A stretch of DNA of 64,000 bases, taken from Somniosus microcephalus (taxonomy: Eukaryota). The notes beneath the pieces are model-generated. The model saw nothing but the letters and a program-made list of their open reading frames with translations, was not told the origin of the DNA and did no database searches. Every line of letters starts with the position of its first letter. Within the stretch, counting starts at the first letter, position 1. The stretch covers positions 85,374,001 through 85,438,000 of the forward strand of contig JBMRGM010000036.1 in assembly GCA_052327205.1 (NCBI GenBank). The letters are read 5' to 3'. Positions 48,675-60,917 of the stretch are shown in pieces. The translations under genes were made by a program, and so were the position numbers.

Positions 48675-49080
48675 TCGTTCCTGGGATGTGGATGGGCAAT
48701 AAATGCTAATCCAGCATTCATTGCCCATCCCTAGTTGCCCTTGAGAAGGTGGTGATGAGCCGCCTTCTTGAACCGCTGTAGTCCGTGTGGTGAAGGTGCT
48801 CCCACAGCGCTGTTAGGGAGGGAGTTCCAGGATTTTGACCCAGCGACGATGAAGGAACGACCGATATATTTCCAAGTCAGGATGATGTGTGACTCGGAGG
48901 AGAACTTGGAGGTGGTGGTGTTCCCATGCGCCTGCTGCCCTTGTCCTTCTAGGTGACAGAGGTCGCGGGTTTGGGGAGGTGCTGCCGAAGAAGCCTTGGC
49001 GAGTTGCTGCAGTGCATCTTGTAGATGGCACACACTGCAGCCACGGTGCGCCGGTGGTGGAGGGAGTGAATGTTTAAAGT
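48675..49080 (-). mobile_element. LINE family B 3' fragment
   Basis: Near-copy of 44030-44440. Confidence 0.8.
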
Positions 49081-49615
49081 GAGGATTCAAACTCCAAAGG
49101 AATGACACAGCTGAGAATATCAGATCACGACATGAGTGGATATGAAGAAAGGATAGATGAATGGACAAATGCAATCCTCCAAGGCACAAGGTAATGCATT
49201 AACTAAACATATTCTTTCTAATTAGATCAGCTAAAATTCTAATAAATGCACATGCAATACATGTCAGCAAACATGGGTGCGACATAGAAAGCACCCAATG
49301 AGAAAAGACCACTTTTGTGTAGAGAGCAACACATTTCCTGTAAGATTCTGTAAGTTTCCTGATCCATATAGCTCAGATATACACAGCCTTTACCTATATA
49401 GCCTTTAAGGGAGCCTGAGGAGTTGGCATCATACAGCAGAATAAGATTTGTGTGATGCAGAAGCCAGTATTCCTTTTGCTAGCACCTCAGATGCACAAGT
49501 CAGCCAAGCATCTCATATACTGCCGATCTCCTGGATGACAAAGTACCTTTTACATTGTGTGCACTGCAGGTCTGCTAGTGAGAAGATTACACGGGCAGGA
49601 ATGAGCATGGAATCT

Positions 49616-50355
49616 CCTTCTTAGGCAGTCCCTCGGAACCGAGGATGACTTGCTTCCACATTAAGAATGAGTTCTCAGGTGACTGATGAGTCCAATGCGG
49701 GACCTACAGTCTCTGTCACAGGTGGGGCAGGCGGTGGTTGAAGGGCCGGGTGGGTGGGGTGCTTGGGTTGACGTGCGCTCCTTGCGCTGCCTGCGCTTGG
49801 CTTCCGCTTGCTCCCGGCGAAGAGACCGAGGTGTTCGGTGCCTTCCCGGATGCTTCTCCTCCACTTTGTGCAGTCTTGGGCCAGGGATTCCCAGGTGTCG
49901 ATGGGGATGTTGCACTTTTTCAAGGAGGCTTTGAGGGTGTCCTTGAAGTGTTTCCTCTGCCCACCAGGGGCTCTCCTGTCGTGTCGGAGCTCTGAGTAGA
50001 GCGCTTGTTTTGGGAGTCTCATATCGGGCATGCGGATGATGTGACCGGTCCATCGGAGCTGATCGAGCGTGGTCAAAGCTTCGATGCTGGGGATGTTGGC
50101 CTGAGCGAGAACACTGACGTTGGTGCGCCTATCCCGCCAATGGATTTGCAGGATCTTGCGGAGGCAGCATTGGTGGTACCTCTCCAGTGCTTTGAGGTGC
50201 CTGCTGTACACGGTCCATGTCTCTGAGGCATATAGCAGGGCGGGTATCACTACTGCTCTGAAGACCATGAGCTTGGTGCCGGGTTTGAGGTCCTGGCCTT
50301 CAAACACTCTCTTCCTCAGGCGACCGAAGGCTGCACTGGCACACTGAAGGTGGTG
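49616..50355 (-). mobile_element. RTE-clade LINE 3' fragment
   Basis: ORF 49675-50307 is the RTE ORF C-terminus. Confidence 0.88.
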
Positions 50356-50789
50356 TGTTAAATAAATGTATACTTAAATAAATGCGCGTCCCTGACGATA
50401 ATGAGGTGCGAAAATGTTCTTGGTGTCGGAAACCTCTGAGAAAATGTGCAATGTTCCATCGCTCTTCCACAATCTTATCTGCTGTACATATATTGCAAAC
50501 ATGGCACATCTGGTGCACGCTGTCTGTTACATTCCAAAAGAAAGTCTTCAAAAAGAAAAAGAAACAAAACATTTAAATTGTACAAAGCAACAGAAAAACA
50601 CTCACTTGACACAACGGTAAGAATGTCTGTACCCTCTGAATAAACTTAACCAAAGAGAGAGAAATACTGGGTACTTCTGATCTGCAGCCTGAAAATGACA
50701 TGCACTTTCCCACAACAACCACTTGCATTTATACAGTGCCTTTATCATAGAAAAATACCCTAAGGTGCTTCAACAAGCATAACATTTGC

Positions 50790-51230
50790 ATCACAGGTGT
50801 GCCAGGCAATGACTAGCTCCAACAAGTGAGAGTCTAACCACCTCCCCATGACATTCAATGGCATCCCCCACCATCAACATCCTGGGGGTCACCATTGACC
50901 AGAAACTTAACTGGACCAGCCACATAAATACTGTGGTAACAAGAGCAGGTCAGAGGCTGGGAATTCTGCAGCGAGTGTCTCACCTCCTGACTCCCCAAAG
51001 CCTTTCCATCATCTACAAGGCACAAGTAAGGAGTGTGATGGAATACTCTCCACTTGCCTGGATGAGTGCAGCTCCAACAACACTCTAGAAGCTCGACACC
51101 ATCCAGGACAAAGCAGCCCCGCTTGATTGGCACCCCATCCACCACCTTAAACATTCACTCCCTCCACCACCGGCGTACCGTGGCTGCAGTGTGGACCATC
51201 TACAAGATGCACTGCAGCAACTCGCCAAGG
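50790..51230 (+). mobile_element. LINE family B internal fragment
   Basis: NILGVTIDQKLNWTSHI...YKAQVRSVMEYS. Confidence 0.8.
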
Positions 51231-52004
51231 CTAATTCACCCCCCAGTTTTTGCATACTGACGTTCTGGAATAGTGTGTTGTGGTGTACTGAAGATTATAG
51301 TTAGGTTGGGTTCACTTGGATTTTAAAGCACCTTTAACCCCTTTCAGTGGGTCCCTTTGCTGTGGAATTCACCCCAGTACACTGCACGTGCGACACGATT
51401 TCAGAGTTACATTTATAGCTTTCTCAGTTTGGTCATGGAGCCTGCCGCCTTCGATGGCACTGGCAATGGGTCGACCCGCTGGCGATCCCATTGACTCGAC
51501 CCAACCCAATCCCTTGTCGGCGCCATCAAAGGTGGCGGACCCCTCCTCGGGGAAGTGGGCAGCAGCTAGGCTGGGTAATTCTGGCAGTGGGCAGGCTGAA
51601 CTCTGGGCAGAGTGGCACACTTCCCAGCATTGAGCAACCTCCACAGCGGCCGCCTCCAACTACTCCCTTGCCTTTTAAAGGTAAAGAGGTCACTCAATCA
51701 GCAGCGTAATTCAATGATACGCTTTAGCACCTCCCCACAACCTGCTTAACATTTGCAGGTGTTTGTTAGGCCTTTTAAACACAATCTCTTGCGGAATTAA
51801 GCGGCCTAATGATTTTTTGGGAATGCTGTGAATGGTTAGACACGGGTCTCTTACTGGCATAGATTTCTTACTTTCAGTTTAAGTGAGAGAATGTTCTTTT
51901 CTCTGTATCCCTTAAAATGTCCCTAAACAATCAGACCATGTTAGAAACAGTCAGAGGGAATAAAAATACAAATGAGCTAAAATCACATTGGGCAGTATGC
52001 ATTA

Positions 52005-52740
52005 ACATAGAGAAATCGGAGCAGGAGTCGGCCATTCGGCCCTTCGAGCCTGCTCCGCCATTCAATATGATCATGGCTGATCCTCTATCTCAATACCAGA
52101 TTCCCGCTCTCTCCCCATACCCCTTGATGCCTTCTGTGTCTAGAAATCTATCTATCTCCTTCTTAAATATATTCAGTGACTCGGCCTCCACAGCCTTCTG
52201 TGGTAGAGAATTCCACAGGTTCACCACCCTCTGAGTGAAGAAATTTCTCCTCATCTCAGTCCTAAATGTCCTACCCCGTATCCTGAGACTGTGACCCCTC
52301 GTTCTAGACCCCCCCAGCCAGGGGAAACATCCTCCCTGCATCCAGTCTGTCTAGCCCTGTCAGAATTTTATACGTTTCAATGAGATCCCCTCTCATTCTT
52401 CTAAACTCTAGTGAATACAGGCCTAGTCGACCCACTCTCTCCTCATACAACAGTCCTGCCATCCCAGGAATCAGTCTGGTGAACCTTCGCTGCACTCCCT
52501 CTATGGCAAGTATATCCTTTCTTAGTTAAGGAGACTAAAACTGCACACAGTGCTCCAGGTGTGGTCTCACCAAGGTCCTGTATAACTGTAGTAAGACATC
52601 CTTGCTCCTGTACTCAAATCCTCTTGCAATGAAGGCCAACATAACATTTGCCTTCCTCACTGCTTGCTGTACCTGCATGTTTGCTTTCAGTGACTGGTGT
52701 ACAAGGACACCCAGCTCCCTTTGTACATCAGCATTTCCCA
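52005..52740 (-). mobile_element. CR1 LINE 3' fragment
   Basis: CR1 ORF2 C-terminal motifs across three broken ORFs. Confidence 0.88.
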
Positions 52741-52886
52741 ATTAACGTGTTCCTATGGCACAGTGTGATTTCACCTCACTTGCCGATCACCTTTGGTAAA
52801 ACAGGGGACAAAAGACTTTCACCCATTACTGTCTTAATGCGCTAATTTCATGCCAACTGGTTTTATTTCGGAAACAAATCCACATA

Positions 52887-53429
52887 CAGGAAACTCTCAT
52901 TTAAACGGCACCTAAATATCCGGAATTCTCTATTAACCGGCAAAATTCTCACTCTGAAAACAACACCTCAATAACCGGCAATGTTGCCGAGTCCGAGTCT
53001 CCCGCGGTGGCCGAGTTAGTCAGTGGGGGTAGTTCTCCAAACTGCCACTACTCGGCTTCTTGGCGCTGTCAGAAGTCGGAACACCTCAATACCCCTGTAA
53101 CAGGAGTCCGACTCTCCCGCGCTGCCGGTAGTCTCTTCTGATCCGCCATTTTACAGGGGTACTGTGTGTCTCCCACGCTGCTGGTAGTCATTGCATTGCA
53201 TTACCCTCAACTGGCAGTACTGTACTTAATCAAGCATCTTCCACCATCCATTTAACACAACATTCTGTAGGTGAGTACCCAATTACTGTATGCTGCACAT
53301 TTCTTGATTTTTTAAATTTTTCTTTGTTTAAAAAATAGCCTCGGTAGATAACCCTCTCCTTCATCTGGAATCTTTGATCAACCGGCAACACGCCGGTCCC
53401 GTCGTTGCCGGATACCAAAGAGTTTCCTG
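52887..53429. mobile_element. Tc1/mariner (pogo/Tigger-type) MITE
   Basis: TIRs CAGGAAACTCT...AGAGTTTCCTG; TA on both sides; termini related to 6252-6584. Confidence 0.82.
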
Positions 53430-53848
53430 TACATGCCTCAAAGCAGGAGAAAGTTCCTGAAACTGATTCCAAACACAATGTGAAGGGCTACAAAACAGCA
53501 AGAATATTCACCTCCTGTCACCCTTTGTTTGGGGCAGTCTGATCAGTGCTTTCATACATAAAACAGTTCAATTCAAGGTACAATTCAATATTACATCTCT
53601 CACGGTGCAATTTTTCAAAAAATATTTTTTTAATTGAATATTACAAAGTTTGATGAGAGAGCTAAGCTGGGATGTGGCGACTCTAGTCAAACTCCCTTAT
53701 ATATCGTATCGACCTGTTCATTGGGAAACGACTTGGTTAAACATAAGCTCAAGTGCGACGGCAGTGATGCAGAAGGGATTTCCCTTTGCAGGGAAGGAAA
53801 CAGCTTGTTTCGTGTTAACAGGAAAAAGCTAACGTTATCTTTACTCAC

Positions 53849-53965
53849 ACTTGGCAGGCAGGCAGTAGCCGCTGGTAATCTTAGCATCTCCGGGGCTGCA
53901 CCCTCCCAGCGTACTGCATTCCTTCTGTAGCAAGGGCCCTGCTGCCAGGTGGATCGAGCCATCCA
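53849..53965 (-). CDS. MACROD1: Internal coding exon (117 bp, phase 1-1) of a MACROD-family mono-ADP-ribosylhydrolase gene
   Basis: Acceptor ttttctctttttgcag, donor gtgagt; translates (V)[38 protein letters not shown], matching the macro-domain VDG.IHRAAG...EC..L..C..G.AKIT.GY.LPAK exon. Family call is strong; MACROD1 versus MACROD2 is less certain. Confidence 0.88.
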
Positions 53966-54128
53966 CTGCAAAAAGAGAAAACACCAGTCAGACAATGCAA
54001 TTTGTGGAGTGATCACTTCTCAGGTCCGGAGTGTGGCAGCACCCGCGAGGGAGTGACCTGGCTGCATCACAGGCAGGCGTGCTCAAATACACAGTCCCAA
54101 CAAAAACCCTCATCCGACACAATATGCT

Positions 54129-54355
54129 TGACGTAAGAAAACTACTAGGCACTTGGTCTCAGCATTAAACAAAGCTTTAATCAACTGTTTTACAACATGG
54201 AGGTCTAGTTGTGTCCTTCACTAGTTCCTGTTAAGAATGTCCTGCGCAAGCTGGGCCCGTGCCTGAGTATTTAGACTCTCCCTGGACAGCGCCACACGTA
54301 GGTCGCTCAGTATTATTCCATAAGTCTTTCTTTCATGAATGACTGATTCATGTCA
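54129..54355 (-). mobile_element. Solo LTR
   Basis: TGA...TCA ends; 5-bp TSD ATGCT. Confidence 0.9.
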
Positions 54356-54653
54356 ATGCTCCACGTAAGCAATTTTTTTTTGACGTTTACAGCAACTGCA
54401 TTCCTAAATCGCCGGCAGATCCGCTTGCTCCCACCCACCCAAAACGCTTCAGGTGGCAATTTGTTTCTGCGTTCCACGGCTTCTTTACATAGTAGTAACA
54501 GCACAGAAACAGTCCATTCAGCCCAACACGTCCATGCCAGTGCTTATGCACCACACGAGCCTCCTCCCACCTTCCGTCGTCTCACCCGAGGAACATATAA
54601 TTCTTCTTGTCAACTTTTTAGTTTTCCCCCTCTAATTTATTCCCTCTTTGCTA

Positions 54654-55128
54654 AACATAAGAACATAAAGATCATAAGAAATAGGAGCAGGAATAGGCCA
54701 CTTGGCCCCTCGAGCCTGCTCCGCCATTCAATAAGATCATGGCTGATCTTGGGCTCAAAGCCACTTCCCCACCCGCTCCCCATAACCCTTCACTCCCTTA
54801 TCTTGCAAGAATCTGTCTATCTCCACCTTAAATGTATTTAATGACCCAGCCTCCACGGCTCTCTGGGACAAAGAATTCCACAGATTCACGACCCTCAGAG
54901 AAGAAATTCCTTCTCATCCCAGTTCTCAAAGGGCGACCCTTTATTCTGAAACTATGCCCCCGAGTTCTAGATTTCCCCACGAGGGGAAACATCCTCTCTG
55001 CATCTACCTTGTCGAGCCCCCTCAGTATCTTATATGTTTCAATAAGATCACCTCTCATTCTTCTAAATTCCAATGAGTATAGGCCCAACGTGCTCAACCT
55101 TTCTTCATAAGTCAACCCCCTCATCTCA
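54654..55128 (-). mobile_element. CR1 LINE 3' fragment (same subfamily as 241-915)
   Basis: Shared diagnostic tail atcttgggctcaaagccacttccc. Confidence 0.88.
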
Positions 55129-55649
55129 GGTACTGCCATTTGTTGAGGTGCAGTTTAATGGGCACTTGTTGCTGTCCAGTACTTCACCCAAGTGATTAGT
55201 CTTCATGTGCTAGTCTAGACAACGAGTGTTGGCAGGCCATTTAATCGCAGGGCATCATGGCTGATCCCAATTCCATTCCTGCACAAGGACCACGCAGGCA
55301 TGCGTTCCACCAGGTGTCACAGGGCAGTGACCAGGAATAGAACTCTATTAACAGAGCACAGGAAGATAGAGCTTGCATTTCCACAGCACGTCCCACAAGC
55401 AATCAATTACTTTTCAAGTGTAGTTAATCTTGTTATGTAAGCAAACAGAGATCTCTTGGGAGGATGAAACTATGGAGACTGAGGGTATATCATGGAGTGA
55501 AACACAGAGCACCAGTGACTGGTAGGAGGTGGGAGGGGATGATGAGGAACCAGCCATCTCTTCACTGGAGTGGATGGGGTGCAGCCACAACAGGCCTCAG
55601 CTGAAAAGCCCAGGTACCCAGTCTACCAATTACAATTCGGGAGTGCAGA

Positions 55650-56285
55650 TAGAAACATAGGGGATAGGAGCAGGAGTAGGCCATTCAGCCCCTCGAGCCT
55701 GCTCCGCCATTTAATGAGATCATGGCTGATCATCCAAATTCAGTACCCTGTCCCTGCTTTCTCCCCATATCTCTTGATCCCTTTAGCCTTAAGAAATATA
55801 TCTAACTCCTTCTTGAATATATTTAATGAATTGGCCTCTACTGCCTTCTGTGGTAGAGAATTCCACAGGTTCACCACTCTCTGGGTGAAGAAATTCCTCC
55901 TCATCTCAGTCCTAAATGGCTTACCCCTTATCCTTAGACTGTGACCCCTGGTTCTGGACTCCCCGGCCATCGGGAACATCCTTCCTGCATCTAGTCTGTC
56001 TAGTCCTGTTAGAATTTTATAAGTTTCAATGAGATCCCCTCTCATTCTTCTAAACTCTAGCGAATATAAGCCTAATCGACCCAACCTCTCTTCATACGTC
56101 ATTCCTGCCATCCCAGGTATCAGTCTGGTGAATCTTCGCTGCACTCCCTCCGTGGCAAGAACATCCTTTCTCAGATAAGGCGACCAAAACTGCACACAAT
56201 ACTCATGGTGTGGTCTCACCAAGGCCCTGTACAACTGCAGCAAGACATCCTTGCTCCTGTACTCGAATCCTCTCGCTATGAAGGC
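55650..56285 (-). mobile_element. CR1 LINE 3' fragment
   Basis: ORF 55740-56243. Confidence 0.9.
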
Positions 56286-56369
56286 AACGGAAACAGTCTC
56301 CTTCTCATGTGTTGCTGGTCGTGGACGTTGAAGTAGTCCACGCCCTGCATCTTCAAGACAATGGATTGA

Positions 56370-57020
56370 TGCTTGCTTGGCACCCCGTCCACCACCTTAA
56401 ACATTCACTCCCTCCCCCACCAGCACACCGTGGCTGCAGTGTGTACCATCTACAAGATGCACTGCAGCAACTCGCCAAGGCTCCTTCGGCAGCACCTCCC
56501 AAACCCGCGACCTCTTCCACCTAGAAGGACAAGGGCAGCAGGCGCATGGGAACACCACCACCTCCAAGTTGCCCTCCAAGTCACACATCATCCTGACTTG
56601 GAAATATATCGCCGATCCTTCATCGTCACTGGGTCTTCACTCAGAGGGTTATGAACCTGTGGAATTCTCTACCACAGAAGACTATGGAGGCCAAGTCACT
56701 GTATATATCTAAGAAGGAGATAGATTTCTCGACACACATGGCATCAAGGGGTATGGGGAGAGAGCGGGAATATGGTATTGAGATAGAGGATCAGACATGA
56801 TCATATTGAATGACGGAGCAGGCTCGAAGGGCCGAATGGCCGACTCCTGCTCCAATGTTTCTATGTTTCTATGGGCCAATATCCTGGAAGTCCCTCCCTA
56901 ACAGCACTTTGGGAGTACTTCACCACACGGACTGCAGCGGTTCAAGAAGGCGGCTCACCACCACCTTCTCAAGGACAATAAATGCTGGCCTTGCCAGCGA
57001 CGCCCACATCCCAGAACAAA
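56370..57020 (+). mobile_element. LINE family B 3' fragment split by a CR1 tail (56636-56872)
   Basis: catcgtcactggg | CR1 piece | gggccaatatcctggaagtccctccc. Confidence 0.78.
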
Positions 57021-57767
57021 CAAACAAAATGAAGAAAGTACGTCAGAGCATGCAGAACATCCCTGGTGAAGGTGCCCAGGAGATTGCTGCAACAAGAAAA
57101 GGTCAGGGGGAGGTTCGAAGGGTGAATGTTGCATCCAGAGTACAGGCATGACTGTTTCCAAAGGCTTTCGGCACTTAGTTGAGACGTTTTGTTCTGCTGT
57201 CATGTAGACCATAACCCCAACCGAGCCCGTGCCCAGCACAAGTGAGGTGCCAGGGATGGTCGTAGATGCTGCCACTTCTCATGATGCTGACAATGTTGCT
57301 ACATCAATCCCAACACCTTCCCATACCAGCACAGGAGGGAGCCTCTGGGACAGACAGGCATTGAACGCACAAGCAACGCGACATTGGAAGCAGGTGCTGC
57401 AAGGACACCAATAGCAGTGAGATGACTGCCTCCTTAGTCCTCAATCAGTCAAGTCCCAGCCACCAAACTCAAAACCTCATGACACTAAGGTAGGTTCATA
57501 TCTGAATAAGATTCAGCACAATGATAAGAAATATTAATAATAGGACATAATAGAGAGACAGTCTGTAAATGTGGATAGCTTTGGCTGATGGGTGCATTTA
57601 TGGATTATTTCTATCTAGGCTTTCGGGGTCTCTGTTTATCTGTTCAGGAAGATCTGCACGTGTCCTTTCCCTGAAAGGGTGGGTAGTGTTCTGCAACTTT
57701 GAGTTCTGATGATTTGTGAGCATTGCAAAGGCTTCTCAACATCATTGTGGGCTCTGGAGATGGGCTG

Positions 57768-57996
57768 TGATGTAAGAAAACTACTGGGCACTTGGTCTGA
57801 GTATTAAACAAGGCTTTAATCAACTGTTTTACAACATGGAGATCTAGTTGTGTCCTTCACTAGTTCCTGTTAAAGAATGTCCTGAGCAAGCTGGGCCCAT
57901 GCCCGAGTATTTATACTCTCCCTGGACAGCGCCACCAGCAGGCCGCCCAGTATCATTTCATAAGTCATTTCCACATGAATGACAAGATTCATGTCA
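57768..57996 (-). mobile_element. Solo LTR
   Basis: Homologous to 54129-54355; TSD GGCTG/GGGTG (1 mismatch). Confidence 0.85.
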
Positions 57997-58130
57997 GGGT
58001 GTATCCTATCTAATGGAAAACGTTGTTGATAACTTCCTGTCGAATGTCACCTACTGCTGGCAACTGGTTGTCCTCTCTCTCTCCTCGGTGCCCTCACCAT
58101 GATGAGGGGTTGATGGCTTACACCCCCTTC

Positions 58131-58548
58131 AACAACAACAACCTGTATTATATAGCACCTTTAACAGAGTAAAACATCCCAAGGCGCTTCACGGGAGTGT
58201 TATAAAACAAAATTTGACACCGAGCCACATAAGGACAGGTCCTTGGTCAATGAGGTCGGTTTTAAGGAGCCTCTTGAAGGAGGAGGGAGAAGCGGAGAGG
58301 TTTAGGCAGGGAATTCCAGAGCTCAGGGCCCAGGCAGCTGAAGGCACGGCCACCAATGGTGGAGCGATTAAAATCAGGGATGCTCAAGAGGGCAGAATTA
58401 GAGGAGCGCAGATATCTCGGGGGTTGTGGGGCTGAAGGAGATTACAGAGATAGGGAGGGGGCGAGGCCATGGAGAGATTTGAAAACAAGGATGAGAATTT
58501 TAAAATCGAGGTGTTGCTTAACCGGGAGCCAATGTAGGTCAGCAAGCA
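58131..58548 (-). mobile_element. L2-like LINE 3' fragment
   Basis: Copy of the 19812-20235 family. Confidence 0.7.
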
Positions 58549-59116
58549 CGTCTGCGAACGGGAAGGTTCCTAACTGCACAATTATGCAACGTGCAGCCGG
58601 CCATTATAATTCTTGAGATTATTGCTGGGTTGTATTGCAGGGGGGTCCCCCCGACCTATCCGGGCAACAGAAGCAGGACTTCAGGATACCAAGGAGCCTC
58701 TTCAATAATGAAACAGGTAGAAATAAAAGCTTCAGAGAAGCTGTTGTCACTCTCGGTTCCCAAGTGATGCAGGGGTGCCACCAGCCAGGGTTGAAGTGGG
58801 TAACCCTGGTCTGCCAGCAACCATGCTGACATATATTGCTCTGGATGAACAATGCTGACTTTGATTAGTCAGAGAACGAAAGGATCATCTCCGCTTCCAG
58901 GGCAGCAGAATGATGTGGCTGGTGTCACTCACAAGCGATGAAAACCCTCGCTGATGGTGACATTTAGGGAGCCTTCAGTTGAGGCCTTTAAATGTCACAC
59001 TGGCGGGCATCACTTGGGGAAATCCAACCACTTGATAAAATGTTCAATCCCTCTGCTCTGGTGGGGAAGGATATGAAACCGGTGTCCTGCCTGAACGGAG
59101 CATTCGTCTCCAACTT

Positions 59117-59595
59117 AGAAACATAGGAAAATAGGAGCAGGAGTCGGCCATTCGGCCCTTCAAGCCTGCTCCGCCATTCAGTATGATCATGGCTGATCCT
59201 CTATCTCAACACCATATTCCCGCTCTCTCCCCATACCCCTTGATGCCTTTTGTGTCTAGAAATATATCTATCGCCTTCTTAAATATATTCAGTGACTTGG
59301 CCTCCACAGCCTTCTGTGGTAGAGAATCCCACAGGTTCACCACCCTCTGAGTGAAGAAATTTCTCCTCATCTCAGTCTTAAATGTCCTACCCCGTATCCT
59401 GATCCTGTGACCCCTCGTTCTAGACCCCCCAGCCAGGGGAAACATCCTCCCTGCATCCAGTTTGTCTAGCCCTGTCAGAATTTTATACGTTTCAATGAGA
59501 TCCCCTCTCATTCTTCTAAACTCTAGTGAATACAGGCCTAGTCGACCCAATCTCCCCTCATACGACAGTCCTGCCATCCCAGGAATCAGTCTGGT
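59117..59595 (-). mobile_element. CR1 LINE 3' fragment
   Basis: ORF 59206-59631. Confidence 0.88.
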
Positions 59596-60230
59596 AATGC
59601 AGTTGTGCACTGCTTGATTCTCTTGTGTCACCTGAGGCTACCTGGAAACATCTGGCTGCATAAAAATTTAGAGCTGCTGGCACCTTTAAACACACTGACA
59701 AAGGATTTTCGGTAAAAAGCTCTGCTCGGTGATAAATGCTGTATCCTCTTACTTCTACATTCTTTTATGTACAGTACTGCGGTAGACGCTGCTCTTGGCT
59801 CGCAGTTCAGCCTACTTCTTTGAGCATCTCAGCAAATGGGATAGGTTTCAATCCGAGAGAAATCTGCTGCTCGCTGTCCAACGCAGGCTGCACGGAGACG
59901 AGAGCTGATCAAGAGGGGGAATACTTTGAAGAAGGGCTGACGCGTTTCGCACAACGACCTGAGTGAGAGGCAGCTGCTGCGTGGCCAGCAACCCGCCTTG
60001 TATTGGCGCAGGGAGATTAGCCTCTGTCTGGCCTGCAATATTAGCAGCTGTTTCTCATTTTTTGCTTCACCGAAAGAGCGAACACTGCCTGCCGACTCTT
60101 TCACACGTGACAGCCAATCTATTATGCCGAACTGCCGATAACAACCCTTACAAAACGCAGAGCGGCCTTCATTTTTTAATCGTGGTTTTCCCTCATGCTT
60201 CCTTCCTACAGCAATGCCCGTGGAGATTTG

Positions 60231-60457
60231 TGACGTAAGAAAACTACTAGGCACTTGGTCTAAGCGTTAAACAAAGCTTTAATCAACTGTTTTACAACAT
60301 GGAGGTCTAGTTGTGTCCTTCACTAGTTCCTGTTAAGAATGTCCTGTGCAAGCTGGGCCCGTGCCCGAGTATTTATACTCTCCCTGGACAGCGCCACCAG
60401 CAGGCTGCTCAGTATTATTTCATAAGTCTTTCTTTCATGAATGACTGATTCATGTCA
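60231..60457 (-). mobile_element. Solo LTR
   Basis: TGA...TCA ends; TSD ATTTG; TATAAA on the minus strand. Confidence 0.9.
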
Positions 60458-60917
60458 ATTTGCGCCTCTCGTGATGCACTTCTGAGATTGGCCTCTCTAA
60501 CCGCATCTGACTTGATTGTGTTTAAGAGAGTTCTCCCGGCATCCTGGCCAAAGTCCCTTCCTCGAACAACATCACCCAAAAAAACAAATAACAGGTCGTT
60601 TATTTCATTTTTTGTTTCTGGAATCTGGCTGTGCACAAACTGGCCACGTTTACTCCTACGTGACAACCGGTGACTGCCTTTCATTTCATTTCACTGGATG
60701 TGCAGCCCTTTGAGAGGTCCTGAAGACATGTTAAGGCGTTATGAAAATGCAGGTTCTTTCTTTTGAGGGGTGCGGTCACAACACTAAAGTGTTGTACAAG
60801 TCAGTTTTCTTTTATTTTGTAAAAGAAAAGCAAAGGCGTGCATTTATATAGCGTCTTTAATGACCCCAGGATGTCCCAAAGCGATTTACAGCCAATGAAG
60901 TACTTTTGAAGTATATT

